Shown: positions 10,710 to 20,947, counted from the stretch's first letter. The stretch: DNA of 64,000 nucleotides from Desulfosporosinus sp. (GCA_020692355.1 JAIMKP010000012.1:5724-69723), one strand, 5' to 3'. Notes: generated by a model from the sequence alone, not told the origin. Program-made: numbers and translations.

Positions 10710-11693
10710 TCATGGGGTCTTTTGTATAAAGTTCTCCAGCGGCACATTAGAAAAATAGCGCATTTCCTGCACCCCAACATAAGCCAGCCCGCTATCCAAG
10801 GAAAGCGGCGGGATTTCCCGCAAAGCCGCTGGCCAAGCCTGGGGAGGGCACACGCCGAGCCGCCGAAAGAACGAAACTGCCTTACCCACACTTTCGTCAA
10901 ACAGCTCCCCCATACCCTTTTTAAAGCGCTTTCCTGTAACCGGATGCTGCCATTCCGGGATACCATGAAAAAAGGACAATTTGAAGGGTTGGCGATAGAA
11001 CAAAGCTTCCAGCTTCTCCACCCCCGGGTGACCCATCTGGCGGTAAAGACGCAAAAGCCGCCACGGTACAGACCAGCGAAAAGCCGCCTGAAATATTCGA
11101 TGGCGCTGCCAGGCTGATTCAAAACGCGCTTTAAGTGTAACATCTCCCGGCGGCTCGTAATGGCGGGCCAAGAGCGCAAACACGCAGTGTCCTTCTTCCC
11201 CTGCATCATGCCAGAGCCGGATTAGGGTTTTCGGATAAGCCATCGGCCTCGCGGTTTCCAGCCAAAGATCCATCCCTGTCTCTAAAAGCCGATGGCGGAA
11301 AACCGCCTTGCCCCGCTTTGTCGGATCCGGATCAACGTAATTGCCGCTGAAATAGTATACAGCTGGATGAAACGTGCTGTCCGCAAAAAAATGCGTCAGC
11401 ATCCCCAAAAAGAAACTGAGGAAAGCCTCCTGTTTTTTTTGTTCCAAGGCTGTCGCCAAAATCTCAAGCAATGGCACAAGGGGGTTTTCCCCATCCACGC
11501 CATGCAGCTGGTTCCCCACCCTCTCTAAACTCGCCTCCACTGGCTGAGTCAAATCATAAAAGGGAATATCGTGGGCCACCGCTCCCAGGTAATAAAGCGG
11601 GAGATGATCCTGAAGCATAGTTTTCAAGGGAGCAGGAAGTCCACCCTCAAACACCGCCCGCGCCACTTGCCAATGGGTCAGTTCTTTTGGCAT
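10710..11693 (-). CDS. zinc-dependent phospholipase C-like family protein (uncertain)
   Basis: His-rich motifs (AHDIPFYD, THFFADSTFHP). Start moved to MPKELTHW (ATG 11693), preceded by GGAGGAG. Confidence 0.45.
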   Translation of the reverse strand: MPKELTHWQVARAVFEGGLPAPLKTMLQDHLPLYYLGAVAHDIPFYDLTQPVEASLERVGNQLHGVDGENPLVPLLEILATALEQKKQEAFLSFFLGMLTHFFADSTFHPAVYYFSGNYVDPDPTKRGKAVFRHRLLETGMDLWLETARPMAYPKTLIRLWHDAGEEGHCVFALLARHYEPPGDVTLKARFESAWQRHRIFQAAFRWSVPWRLLRLYRQMGHPGVEKLEALFYRQPFKLSFFHGIPEWQHPVTGKRFKKGMGELFDESVGKAVSFFRRLGVCPPQAWPAALREIPPLSLDSGLAYVGVQEMRYFSNVPLENFIQKTP

Positions 11694-12020
11694 ATTAACC
11701 CACTCCTCCATCATCATTATTCTTCTATAGTCACAATTATCCCGAGCGGTTTTGGTTAGGCGATCAGGTACAAACGCGCAAGATTGCAGTCCATCGAAAA
11801 CCATCAGAAGCTACCGTGAGACAAAAAACCTGGTATCTCTCGCCTTTGACCGTACTTTCGGTTACTTGATTCGTTTTATCCAACCCCGCGCATGTCCATC
11901 TGATTCCCCATCTATAACTATCATACCACTAAAACGGATTTAAAAGTGGTCAACGAAACAAGTGTTGAAAATCTAAACCAGCGTGTATTGTGGTAAATAG
12001 AACCAATTCCTAAGCGGATA

Positions 12021-12058
12021 CGAAAAGGCCCCCCTAGAATTCAACTAGGGCGGCCTTT
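12021..12058 (-). terminator. intrinsic terminator after dctM (end of the long minus-strand catabolic operon)
   Basis: GGCCGCCCTAG / CTAGGGGGGCC stem followed by TTTTCG on the minus strand, 12 nt after the dctM stop. Confidence 0.6.
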
Positions 12059-12069
12059 GATGCGTTTGT

Positions 12070-13362
12070 CTAGTGCATCAACATTTGGGGCAACCATGTC
12101 ACAATTTCCGGGAAAACCGCTATTGCTATGATGACCACAAAAACTGGCATATAGAAAGGCAATGCCGCTCGCACGACCCTCGCCATCGATAAGCCGGTCA
12201 CCCGCATGAGAGCAAAAATGACCATGCCAAACGGTGGCGTCAACTCTCCAATCATCAAGATGAGGATCATGAACACCCCGAAATGAATGGCATTCCCACC
12301 CGCTGCCACGATAAGCGGCACGATAATCGGGGTCAACAAGTTGATGGAAACGATCGAGGAGACGAAACACCCCAGGAAAAGCAGAAGCCCCGAAACCATC
12401 AGCAAAATGAGCCAATAATTGTGGGTTATCCCAAAAATATAGCTGGACAAGGTTTGGGGAATCCTCGCTCCTGTGAGAATCCAGGTAAAGATATTAGAAA
12501 CTCCCAGGATAAACATCACGACCGAACTGTCGATGGTGGTCTTCTTTAAAACCGCCCAAACTTTCTTCCAAGAGAGGCTCCGGTACACAAAGACCGCGAT
12601 GATCAAGGCATAGAAGCTAGCCACTGCGGCTGCTTCTGTGGCTGTAAAGACTCCTGACAGCATCCCTCCGATCAAAATGACCGGAGTCATCAAGGGCAAA
12701 AATCCCTGTCTGAGGCCTTGCCACACTTTGTCCCAAGTGAGATTGGGCACGACAGGATAGTTGCGCCGCCGCGCCATGATCGCTACATAAATCATAAACG
12801 AGAGTCCCATCAAGAGCCCTGGAATTATCCCGGCAATGAGCACCGCATTCACCGATGTACCCGCGAGAATCGCATACAACACGGCCGGAACGCTTGGCGG
12901 AATGATCGGGCCAATCAAAGAAACTCCAGCCACTAGGCCTGTAGCAAAATCGGCATCATACCCCTGCTCTTCCATCGGCTTGATCGCAATCGAGCCTAAC
13001 CCTGCTGCATCCGCCACGGCGGAACCGGACATACCAGCCATGATCACCCCGGAGAGGACGGTCACTTGGCCTAAGCCGCCGCGCCAGCGCCCTACGAGGG
13101 AATTGGCGAAGCCAAACAGACGCTGAGTCATGCCGGACTCATTCATCAGACGGCCCACCAGAAGGAAGAGCGGTATCGCTAATAAGCTGAAATTGTCTAA
13201 GCCATAGAGGGTCCGCTGGGCTAATACCGACCACGGAATCGAATCAATCCCGCGTGTGACCGCCAAATAGATCTCCGAACTTACTCCTAAAGCAAACGCC
13301 GCAGGCAAGCCGACAATCAAAAGAACAACCAGGGCAACCGCTAATACTAAGAATGTCATCAC
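12070..13362 (-). CDS. dctM: TRAP transporter large permease
   Basis: 430-aa 12-TM ORF, overlaps dctQ by 4 nt. Confidence 0.9.
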   Translation of the reverse strand: MMTFLVLAVALVVLLIVGLPAAFALGVSSEIYLAVTRGIDSIPWSVLAQRTLYGLDNFSLLAIPLFLLVGRLMNESGMTQRLFGFANSLVGRWRGGLGQVTVLSGVIMAGMSGSAVADAAGLGSIAIKPMEEQGYDADFATGLVAGVSLIGPIIPPSVPAVLYAILAGTSVNAVLIAGIIPGLLMGLSFMIYVAIMARRRNYPVVPNLTWDKVWQGLRQGFLPLMTPVILIGGMLSGVFTATEAAAVASFYALIIAVFVYRSLSWKKVWAVLKKTTIDSSVVMFILGVSNIFTWILTGARIPQTLSSYIFGITHNYWLILLMVSGLLLFLGCFVSSIVSINLLTPIIVPLIVAAGGNAIHFGVFMILILMIGELTPPFGMVIFALMRVTGLSMARVVRAALPFYMPVFVVIIAIAVFPEIVTWLPQMLMH

Positions 13363-13850
13363 TTACCTCCCCGGCGGACGAATGACCTAGCTGTCCCCCA
13401 AGCCTGCCAAGCCAAGAACCAGAGCATGAGGATGGCAGATACCGGGGCTGCCAGGTAAATCCAGCCCTGATTGATGGGCAGCGTGGTTAAGGGAACATCC
13501 CAGCGATCGACCGTCATATGCCAGCCCCCTAACACCAGGCTCCAGGCAAATAACGCTTCCGCCGCAATAAGCAATAGGGAGAGAAGAGCACGCAAGGCAT
13601 GCGGCCAGCGCTCTACACTACGATCCAGAATATCCACGCGCAGGTGGTCCACTTCATAAAGGGCTACCGTGGCACCCAAAAACACCGACCAGATATTCAA
13701 GTTGCGCGCCAGCTCTTCACTCCAAACCAACGGAGCATTGAGCACGTAGCGATAAAACACTCCCAGGAGAATGGTCAGGACGAAAACCCCCAAGAGCACG
13801 GTAGCAATCCATGTCAGGACATTCGACAACAGTTGATTAAACTTTGCCAT
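13359..13850 (-). CDS. dctQ: TRAP transporter small permease
   Basis: 163-aa 4-TM ORF between dctP and dctM. Confidence 0.8.
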   Translation of the reverse strand: MAKFNQLLSNVLTWIATVLLGVFVLTILLGVFYRYVLNAPLVWSEELARNLNIWSVFLGATVALYEVDHLRVDILDRSVERWPHALRALLSLLLIAAEALFAWSLVLGGWHMTVDRWDVPLTTLPINQGWIYLAAPVSAILMLWFLAWQAWGTARSFVRRGGK

Positions 13851-13883
13851 GGGCAGCTTTCCTCCTTTCCCGATCGTGTATGT

Positions 13884-14903
13884 TTACTTACCAGCAATCG
13901 CCTTCTTGGCATCCTCGGCAACCCCAGGGGCCATTTGGCTCAATACTTTGTCGACCGCAGGCTGTGCCGCTTTGACAAAGGCAGCCCGATCAGGCTCGAT
14001 GAGGGTCATCTTGTTATCCGTGGCTTTCTTGATAAATTCCTGGTTCATGGTCGTCGTTTTAGAACGAATATCCTTAATGGCATCATTGATCGCTTGACTC
14101 AACCACTGGCGCTGTTGTTCATTGAGCTTCTTCAAAGTTTTGTCGCTAATAAGCCAGGTTTGGGGAAGCATCACGTGTTTGGTGGCGATGAGGTACTTCT
14201 GATATTCCCACATTTGCCGTCCGGCGATGTTGGATAAGAAGTTCTCCTGTCCGTCCACGGTGCCGGTCTTTAACGCCGTCACAATCTCAGTCGCAGCAAT
14301 CGGCGTCGGAGAAGCTCCAATTTGTTTGAAGACATCAATCCAGCTTTGAATCTGAGGCAGGCGAATCTTAATGCCTTTCATTTCTTCTGGAGTCTTAAAC
14401 GGCTTGTTAGAAGTAAAATAGCGGGGACCAAAGTCGAACATCCCGGCATACTGCACCCCGCCCTTTTCCATGAGGATCTTCTTGATCTTGTCGCCCGTCG
14501 GGCTTGCCATATAGCGATCCATGGAATCCACATCCGGGAACAAAAACGGAATGGCAATCGCGTACATATCTTTATAGTAAAGGTCACCCATGATCGCATT
14601 GTACCCGATATCCAGTTCGCCTAGTTTCAAAAGCTCAAGAGCCTGCTTTTCATCGCCCATTTGACCAGCCATGAAAAGATCAACGTTCATCGTGCCTTTC
14701 GACAGCTCACCGAGCCGTTTCTTAAAGGTTTGCGTGATTTCGTGGTCAATCCCGGAATCTTCATCTGTGGTCGCAAATTTAAGCGTTATTTTGTCGCTCG
14801 TCTTCGTGGCTGCACTGGGAGCAGTGTTGGCCGTGCTACCGCATCCGGCCAAAGCAGTCGTGATTAATATGGTCACTAGAATCAGGGCTATCCATTTTTT
14901 CAT
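13884..14903 (-). CDS. dctP: TRAP transporter substrate-binding lipoprotein
   Basis: Start at MKKWIALILV; lipobox LAGCGS; DctP-family length. Confidence 0.85.
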   Translation of the reverse strand: MKKWIALILVTILITTALAGCGSTANTAPSAATKTSDKITLKFATTDEDSGIDHEITQTFKKRLGELSKGTMNVDLFMAGQMGDEKQALELLKLGELDIGYNAIMGDLYYKDMYAIAIPFLFPDVDSMDRYMASPTGDKIKKILMEKGGVQYAGMFDFGPRYFTSNKPFKTPEEMKGIKIRLPQIQSWIDVFKQIGASPTPIAATEIVTALKTGTVDGQENFLSNIAGRQMWEYQKYLIATKHVMLPQTWLISDKTLKKLNEQQRQWLSQAINDAIKDIRSKTTTMNQEFIKKATDNKMTLIEPDRAAFVKAAQPAVDKVLSQMAPGVAEDAKKAIAGK

Positions 14904-14960
14904 ACAAAATCCTCCCATTTCCTTCCGTTCTTCTTATCGGCTAGGCACCCATGGTTCTTG

Positions 14961-15035
14961 TCAGATCACCCCCTCTCGCTGAAACGCATCATACTGCTCG
15001 GAGCTTAGTCCCAAAAGCTTTTGACAGATAACCTG
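14961..15035 (-). pseudogene. C-terminal remnant (~25 codons) of a CaiB/BaiF family III CoA-transferase paralogue
   Basis: The minus strand reads ..QKLLGLSSEQYDAFQREGVI*. The intact paralogue ends ..KELLGLSSEQYEAFQKEELI* at 19733. By hand alignment about 64 of 78 nt are identical. Stop codons lie immediately upstream in frame. Confidence 0.7.
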
Positions 15036-15063
15036 CTTTTTTCACATTGGCTAACCGTCCTGA

Positions 15064-16716
15064 TTACTGCAAAACCGCTCCCCTATTGGCAGAAGTCACA
15101 AGCTTAGCATAACGTGCTAAATACCCGCGCGTAGCCTTGGATTCAGGCTTTACCCATCCAGCCTGCCGTTCGACCAGCTCTATTTCGCTGAGTTGAACCT
15201 CTAATTTTCGTCCCGGAATATCCAGGACAATTCTATCTCCCTCGCGCAGCAAGGCCAGCGGTCCGCCTTCCATGGCTTCGGGTGAAATATGGCCGATGCA
15301 AGCCCCGCGGGTCGCCCCGCTAAAGCGTCCGTCGGTCAAAAGAGCAACCCGCAAGCCCATGCCCGCAATCACAGCCGTAGGATTGAGCATTTCCCGCATA
15401 CCCGGCCCGCCCTTGGGTCCTTCGTAACGGATAACCACGACATCTCCATCGTTTACGAGGCCATTCATAATGCCTGCGATGGCCTCTTCCTCTGAATCAT
15501 AGACCTTAGCGGGACCCTCAAAGACCAACATGTCTTCGGCAACCGCACTTTCTTTGACGACCGCTCCGTCTGGAGCCAAATTCCCATACAAGACCGCAAT
15601 TCCACCGGTACTCCGATACGGCGTCTCAACCCTGCGGATGACATCGGGACGTTTAACATCGGCCTGTAGCAACCGTTCCTGAACCTTGCCTGTTACCGTC
15701 ATTGCCTCCGTATGAATCACACCCAGTTTTTCCAGTTCTTTCATGACAGCCGAAATTCCTCCGGCCTCGTTCAAATCTTGCAAGTGATGTGTACCCGACG
15801 GACTCAACTTAGCGATATAAGCGACCTTAAGGCTGATTTGATCGAACAAAGGCAAAGGGAGTTCTACCTCCGCTTCATGGGCAATCGCCGTCAAATGAAG
15901 GACACTATTCGAGGAGCCGCCAATTCCCATGTCCACCGCAATCGCATTCTCGAATACCTCACGTGTGAGAATATCGCGCGGTTTGACGTCTTTTCGGACT
16001 AACTCCACGGCGGTGGCCCCAGCTTTCTTGGCCAACATGCGACGTGCTCCCGTATAAGCGGCAGGGATCGTGCCATTACCCGGCAAACCCATGCCCAGCG
16101 CTTCCGTGAGACAATTCATGGTATTGGCGGTAAACAGGCCTGCACACGAACCACATCCTGGGCAAGCAGCCATTTCCAAAGCAGCCAATTCCTCATCATT
16201 GATCTTGCCCGCTTCATGTTCGCCGGTAGCCTCAAACATCGTACTCACGCTAATATCTCGACCATCATAGCGCCCTGCCAGCATCGGCCCCCCGCTGACA
16301 ACGATCGCCGGAATATTCAAACGGGCAGCGGCCATTAACATACCGGGCACGATCTTATCGCAATTCGGGATCAGGACCAACCCGTCAAATCCATGCGCCA
16401 ACGTCATGGCTTCGATTGAATCGGCAATGAGTTCTCGGCTGGCCAGAGGATACTTCATCCCAGCATGGCCCATCGCAATGCCATCACAAATCCCGATCGC
16501 CGGAAATTCGACCGGGGTTCCGCCCGCCGCTGCAATGCCCAATTTCGCCGCTTCCGCAATATCCCGCAAATGAATATGTCCTGGAATAATCTCATTAAAG
16601 GAATTGACAACACCAATCAGCGGCTTTTCCAGATCTTCCGGACGATATCCCATGGCATAAAACAGGGAGCGGTGAGCCGCACGAGTAGACCCTTTTTTAA
16701 CAATGTCACTGCGCAC
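15064..16716 (-). CDS. ilvD: dihydroxy-acid dehydratase (IlvD/Edd family)
   Basis: Typical IlvD sequence (VRSDIVKKG.., [17 protein letters not shown]). Start set to GTG 16716, 8 nt after the SD GAAGGGGGA. The longest ORF starts at a TTG inside the SD. Confidence 0.85.
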   Translation of the reverse strand: MRSDIVKKGSTRAAHRSLFYAMGYRPEDLEKPLIGVVNSFNEIIPGHIHLRDIAEAAKLGIAAAGGTPVEFPAIGICDGIAMGHAGMKYPLASRELIADSIEAMTLAHGFDGLVLIPNCDKIVPGMLMAAARLNIPAIVVSGGPMLAGRYDGRDISVSTMFEATGEHEAGKINDEELAALEMAACPGCGSCAGLFTANTMNCLTEALGMGLPGNGTIPAAYTGARRMLAKKAGATAVELVRKDVKPRDILTREVFENAIAVDMGIGGSSNSVLHLTAIAHEAEVELPLPLFDQISLKVAYIAKLSPSGTHHLQDLNEAGGISAVMKELEKLGVIHTEAMTVTGKVQERLLQADVKRPDVIRRVETPYRSTGGIAVLYGNLAPDGAVVKESAVAEDMLVFEGPAKVYDSEEEAIAGIMNGLVNDGDVVVIRYEGPKGGPGMREMLNPTAVIAGMGLRVALLTDGRFSGATRGACIGHISPEAMEGGPLALLREGDRIVLDIPGRKLEVQLSEIELVERQAGWVKPESKATRGYLARYAKLVTSANRGAVLQ

Positions 16717-16736
16717 TTTTGCATCCCCCTTCAAAC

Positions 16737-16856
16737 TTCATCCAATCGTGAGACTCCCACTTCTACAAGTGGGAGTGGTACCTCGTACTTTGCTTCGGTG
16801 GGGGTAGACTCCCCCACCGAAGTCTCGATGTTCAACTTTAGTTGAACGAGTTCACT
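16737..16856 (-). repeat. copy A of the 120-nt three-hairpin intergenic element
   Basis: Identical to copy B over 120 nt. Lies between the adh stop and the ilvD start. Strand assigned because all copies are co-oriented with the flanking minus-strand genes. Confidence 0.9.
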
Positions 16857-17922
16857 CTGTTTTACGGATGGCCTCCGTGATCATGGCTGAACTGACAGAA
16901 TATGGCATGAACCTCATAAAAGATGTCGGCGAGAGGGCCAGTTGCGCCACGCGTTCCAACTCCTCATCCGTCAGTTTCCTATCTACTCCCAGTTCTGCCA
17001 AACTCGTCGGCAAACCAATGTTGCGATAAAAGGCCTTCAGGTGCTCAATTTCCTCAAGAGGCTGACCATCAATATGCATGAGCGCAAGAATGCCGTACGC
17101 AACTTTGATTCCATGCAACATGGCATGCGTTTCCTCAACCACCGTAAGTCCATCATGTACACCATGAGCCGCACAGGCTCGCGTAGTCTCCATCCCGAAT
17201 CCACCGACAGCCCCTGATGCTATGAAAATAGCGTCGGTGATTTGTTGCACCGCATAGGATGGATCTTTTTTCTCCATATCTTTCAACGCCTGCGAACTGT
17301 ACTGAACCAAGGTATCGAGACAGACCTTAGCCGCAGCTAAGCCCAGTTTTGTGGGCACATGATCTTCATGCCCTCTGGCACACACAATCCCTTCATACCA
17401 CTTGGCCAACGTATCCCCAATACCTGAGAGCATATAGTTGGCCGGAGAATCAGCAATGATCGCTGTATCCACCAAGGTCAACAGGGAATTTTGAGGATGG
17501 TTGATATAATCCACGAACACTCCTTGCGGGGTGTACATAACGGAAATGTGTGTTACGCAAGAACACGTCCCCGCCACGGTGGGAACAGCAACAAACGGCT
17601 TCTTCAAACGGGCAGCCACTGTTTTACTGGCATCAAGGGCCTTTCCTCCACCAACACCCATCACCAGATCAATTTCTTTTGGAGCCAGGCTTTGCAACCG
17701 TTCTACTTCTTCATAAGACGATTCACCTTGAAATGAAGCCACTTCGTACCCTAAGCCATGCTCTAGAAAGCTAGGGACCAGGAGAACGCTCGCCTTGCTC
17801 CAGGCGGTTCGGCCCCCGATAATAAACAGATTCTTTCCATATTTCTGCAGCCATTCGCCTGCCTGCCGTAGAACTCCTGACCCATGAATATAGGCATTTG
17901 CTGAAGCCATCGCTAAATGCAT
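16852..17922 (-). CDS. iron-containing alcohol dehydrogenase family protein (glycerol dehydrogenase-like)
   Basis: 356 aa with GVGGGKALDASK motif and conserved His cluster (HDGLT.. HGIKVAYG). Confidence 0.8.
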   Translation of the reverse strand: MHLAMASANAYIHGSGVLRQAGEWLQKYGKNLFIIGGRTAWSKASVLLVPSFLEHGLGYEVASFQGESSYEEVERLQSLAPKEIDLVMGVGGGKALDASKTVAARLKKPFVAVPTVAGTCSCVTHISVMYTPQGVFVDYINHPQNSLLTLVDTAIIADSPANYMLSGIGDTLAKWYEGIVCARGHEDHVPTKLGLAAAKVCLDTLVQYSSQALKDMEKKDPSYAVQQITDAIFIASGAVGGFGMETTRACAAHGVHDGLTVVEETHAMLHGIKVAYGILALMHIDGQPLEEIEHLKAFYRNIGLPTSLAELGVDRKLTDEELERVAQLALSPTSFMRFMPYSVSSAMITEAIRKTE

Positions 17923-17940
17923 AAATCCGCCCCCTATCTA

Positions 17941-18060
17941 TTCATCCAATCGTGAGACTCCCACTTCTACAAGTGGGAGTGGTACCTCGTACTTTGCTTC
18001 GGTGGGGGTAGACTCCCCCACCGAAGTCTCGATGTTCAACTTTAGTTGAACGAGTTCACT
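17941..18060 (-). repeat. copy B of the 120-nt three-hairpin intergenic element
   Basis: Identical to copy A. Lies between the MFS stop and the adh start. Confidence 0.9.
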
Positions 18061-18120
18061 AGAATCACTTGACTTCATAAGCTCTTCTAAGCGCTTTTAA
18101 GCTCTCCTTTAGCGTTATGC

Positions 18121-19428
18121 TTATGCGTTCTTACTGTTACCCCCTAAGTGAGAAACACTCACATGCTCTTTACGGATAGCCAGGACTAATAGGGTAGTAG
18201 CGATCAGTGAACCGCTGAGGAAATAGAGTCCTGATGTCATGGACCCGGTGGCCCCCTTTAGGGCACCCAACGCATAGGGGCCTACGAAACCACCCAGATT
18301 TCCAATGGAGTTAATGACGGCAATCCCCACAGCAGCCGCCTCTTCAGCCAGAAACATCGGTGGCAAGGACCAGAAGGAACCAAAAAAGCTATAAATTCCT
18401 GCCGTGGCTATTGAAAGCATGGCAACGGAAACGTAGGGATTGGTAGTCATTCCTGCTCCGATCAGAGCGGCAGCTCCGATTAGGGGTGGAATAGCAGTAT
18501 GATAACGACGCTCACCCGTTTTATCTGAATGACGAGCCACGAGAACCATGGAAATTCCCCCGACAACATAGGGAATCATCGTAATAAACCCAACCATCTG
18601 ATTGCTACCCGTCTTGGAAAAAGCTTTAACGATCTGTGGCAACCAGAAACCAATCCCGTAAAGTCCAACGACAAGCGTCAAATAGATAGCTGATAAATGC
18701 CAAACCCTAGGGTTAACAAACACCTGCAATTTGCTGAGTTGCTTTACTTGGGGTTTAGCTTTTTGCTCGCTCTCTAATTCTGCAATGAGCCAGTTTTTCT
18801 CTTCCGAACTCAACCAATGCGCCTTTTCCGGCCGATCGGTCATAAAGATCAGCGTAATAATCCCAAAAAGAATAGCCGGTGAACCCTCCAGAATGAACAG
18901 CCAGCGCCAACCGTGTAAGCCCAGGGCATTAAATCCCAAAATCCAGGTGGATATAGGAGCGCCGATGATGTTGGAAGCAGCCAAAGCCGTCATAAAAAAT
19001 GCAAAGGCTCTGGCTTGTTGTTTTGCTGGAAACCAATAGGTAATGTAAAGAATAATCCCTGGGAAAAAGCCTGCTTCGGCCACCCCCAACAGAAAACGCA
19101 GAATGTAGAGATGCGTTGCGTTCGAGACCCAAGCCGTGACGATGACAACAATCCCCCAGGAAATCATAATTCGGGCAATCCAAACTCTTGCTCCGATACG
19201 ATGCATAAGAATATTGCTGGGAACTTCAAAGATAAAATAACCGAGGAAAAAGATACCCGAGATAAGACCGAAAACCGCACTGCTGAGGCCAAGTTCCTTG
19301 TTCATCGTGAGCGCTGCATAACCCAGATTGACTCGATCCAAGAAGGCAATAATATAGAGCACGAAAATAAATGGAATGATGTGACGGCTGACTTTACGCA
19401 GAGTAAGTTGTCCCAGAGCAGAATCCAT
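18121..19428 (-). CDS. MFS transporter, anion:cation symporter (ACS)-like, probable organic-acid uptake
   Basis: 435-aa 12-TM ORF. The N-terminal FLDRVNLGYA motif is typical of the ACS subfamily (tartrate/galactonate-type). Confidence 0.8.
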   Translation of the reverse strand: MDSALGQLTLRKVSRHIIPFIFVLYIIAFLDRVNLGYAALTMNKELGLSSAVFGLISGIFFLGYFIFEVPSNILMHRIGARVWIARIMISWGIVVIVTAWVSNATHLYILRFLLGVAEAGFFPGIILYITYWFPAKQQARAFAFFMTALAASNIIGAPISTWILGFNALGLHGWRWLFILEGSPAILFGIITLIFMTDRPEKAHWLSSEEKNWLIAELESEQKAKPQVKQLSKLQVFVNPRVWHLSAIYLTLVVGLYGIGFWLPQIVKAFSKTGSNQMVGFITMIPYVVGGISMVLVARHSDKTGERRYHTAIPPLIGAAALIGAGMTTNPYVSVAMLSIATAGIYSFFGSFWSLPPMFLAEEAAAVGIAVINSIGNLGGFVGPYALGALKGATGSMTSGLYFLSGSLIATTLLVLAIRKEHVSVSHLGGNSKNA

Positions 19429-19456
19429 AAGTAATTCCTCCTTATTTTTTTTATAT

Positions 19457-19556
19457 TTACCCTGGCCGAGATTCGACTTTGATCACTTCTCGTTAAAACC
19501 CGCAGTCCGGTCAAAGACTCTTGCTCAATCCCCTTCCTCCCTTCTTGCTGCGGCAT
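19457..19556 (-). pseudogene. N-terminal remnant of a CaiB/BaiF family III CoA-transferase paralogue (internally deleted and frameshifted)
   Basis: The minus strand reads MPQQEGRKGIEQESLTGLRVL, then in another frame EVIKVESRPG*. The intact neighbour has PLAGLRVLE..(20 aa)..AEVIKIEPRQG. Confidence 0.6.
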
Positions 19557-19732
19557 TTTTTTATATAATACTCGCCAGTTCTCCGCTATTATGGTAGCAC
19601 ACAGCGAACTTTGGGAGCAAGCTTTTTTACATGGTTCGTCTTCATCGGCATTGCTCAAAACACGGATCCAGGTCGCACGGATGAACGATGTTGCTTGAAT
19701 CTCGCTGACTTCGACTTTTTCTGGTCACTGCA

Positions 19733-20923
19733 TCAGATCAGCTCCTCTTTCTGAAACGCCTCATACTGCTCGGAGCTAAGTCCCAACAGTTCTTTGTAGA
19801 TAACCTCGTTATCCGCGCCAATCCCCGGCCCTGCCCAACGAATCTGCCCAGGGGTATCACTCAGTATCGGTACAACCCCTGGCATCAGCATTTTGCCAAT
19901 CCGAGGATCGAAAAACTCCCGGATCATCCCGCGCGCTTGAAACTGAGGATCAGCTGCAATGTCGGCAATGCTGTAAACCGGTCCGCATGGCACACCTGCT
20001 TTTTCCAACTTTGCTAAAGTTTCTTGCGCATCCAGACCCCTTACCCACGCGCTGATGATCTCATCGAGCTCTTGGACATGGGCTACACGCGCTGGATTAT
20101 CCAGAAAACGCGGGTCGGTTGCAAGCTCCGACTTGCCCATCAACGCTGTGAAGCGCCGAAAAATCCCGTCCCCGTTCGCTCCAATGGCGATCCACTTATC
20201 ATCTTTGCTTAAGTACATGTTGGATGGTGCCGCCACTGAAAGGATATTCCCTGTCCGCTCCCGGATAACACCGTATTTCCCGTACTCGGGCAAAATCCCT
20301 TCCAGCAGGTTAAACACTGATTCCGTGAGGGCCACATCGACAACTTGCCCCTTGCCGGTCCTACCGCATCTTTTCAATGCGAGAAGTGTGCCAATCACGG
20401 CATGCAGAGCCGCAATTTCATCTCCTATTGCCAGCCCAACCCTTACCGGTGGACGATCCGGATATCCGGTAAGATAACGAATCCCGCCCATGGATTCCGC
20501 AATGTTGCCAAAACCCGGTCGCTCACGATAGGGTCCAGTTTGGCCATATCCGGAAATCCGCACCATGATAAGTTTTGGATTAACAGCCTTTAACTCCTCA
20601 TACCCGAGCCCCCATTCCTCCAGCTTTCCCGGGCGAAAATTTTCTATAACAACATCACAAGTTTGCACTAAGCGCTGTACTACCTCCTTCGCTTTGGGTT
20701 TTTTCAAATCCAAGGTAATACATCTCTTGTTACGCGCCTGGACCAGGGACCATAAGGACCCCGCTTCACTGGGAAGCCCCCAAGTACGTAACGGGTCTCC
20801 CTGCCGTGGTTCGATTTTAATGACTTCTGCACCAAAGTCAGCCATCATGCGAGCTGCTAGAGGGCCTGCGATCAACTGACCCATTTCTAAAACTCGCAGT
20901 CCGGCTAAAGGCCCCTTCTCCAT
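19733..20923 (-). CDS. CaiB/BaiF family III CoA-transferase
   Basis: 396 aa with GLRVLEMGQLIAGP N-terminus and conserved family III features. Confidence 0.9.
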   Translation of the reverse strand: MEKGPLAGLRVLEMGQLIAGPLAARMMADFGAEVIKIEPRQGDPLRTWGLPSEAGSLWSLVQARNKRCITLDLKKPKAKEVVQRLVQTCDVVIENFRPGKLEEWGLGYEELKAVNPKLIMVRISGYGQTGPYRERPGFGNIAESMGGIRYLTGYPDRPPVRVGLAIGDEIAALHAVIGTLLALKRCGRTGKGQVVDVALTESVFNLLEGILPEYGKYGVIRERTGNILSVAAPSNMYLSKDDKWIAIGANGDGIFRRFTALMGKSELATDPRFLDNPARVAHVQELDEIISAWVRGLDAQETLAKLEKAGVPCGPVYSIADIAADPQFQARGMIREFFDPRIGKMLMPGVVPILSDTPGQIRWAGPGIGADNEVIYKELLGLSSEQYEAFQKEELI

Positions 20924-20947
20924 TCCCTTCTACCTCCCCTGCTGAGA

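Noticed and set aside
16465-16845. Plus-strand ORFs 16465-16845, 34283-34567 and 40069-40302 all end with the same peptide ...ETPTSTSGSGTSYFASVGVDSPTEVSMFNFS, which looks like a conserved protein module.
   Set aside because: The shared peptide is simply the translation of the 120-nt repeat. Upstream these ORFs are antisense to well-supported genes (ilvD, the 4Fe-4S protein, rluB) and have no SD. They are treated as non-coding.
16737-16856. Three-helix layout of the 120-nt element considered as a hammerhead or other small self-cleaving ribozyme.
   Set aside because: Neither strand contains the CUGAUGA / GAAA hammerhead core. The hairpins are arranged serially with linkers rather than around a junction. 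I recognised no twister or pistol-like conserved nucleotides.
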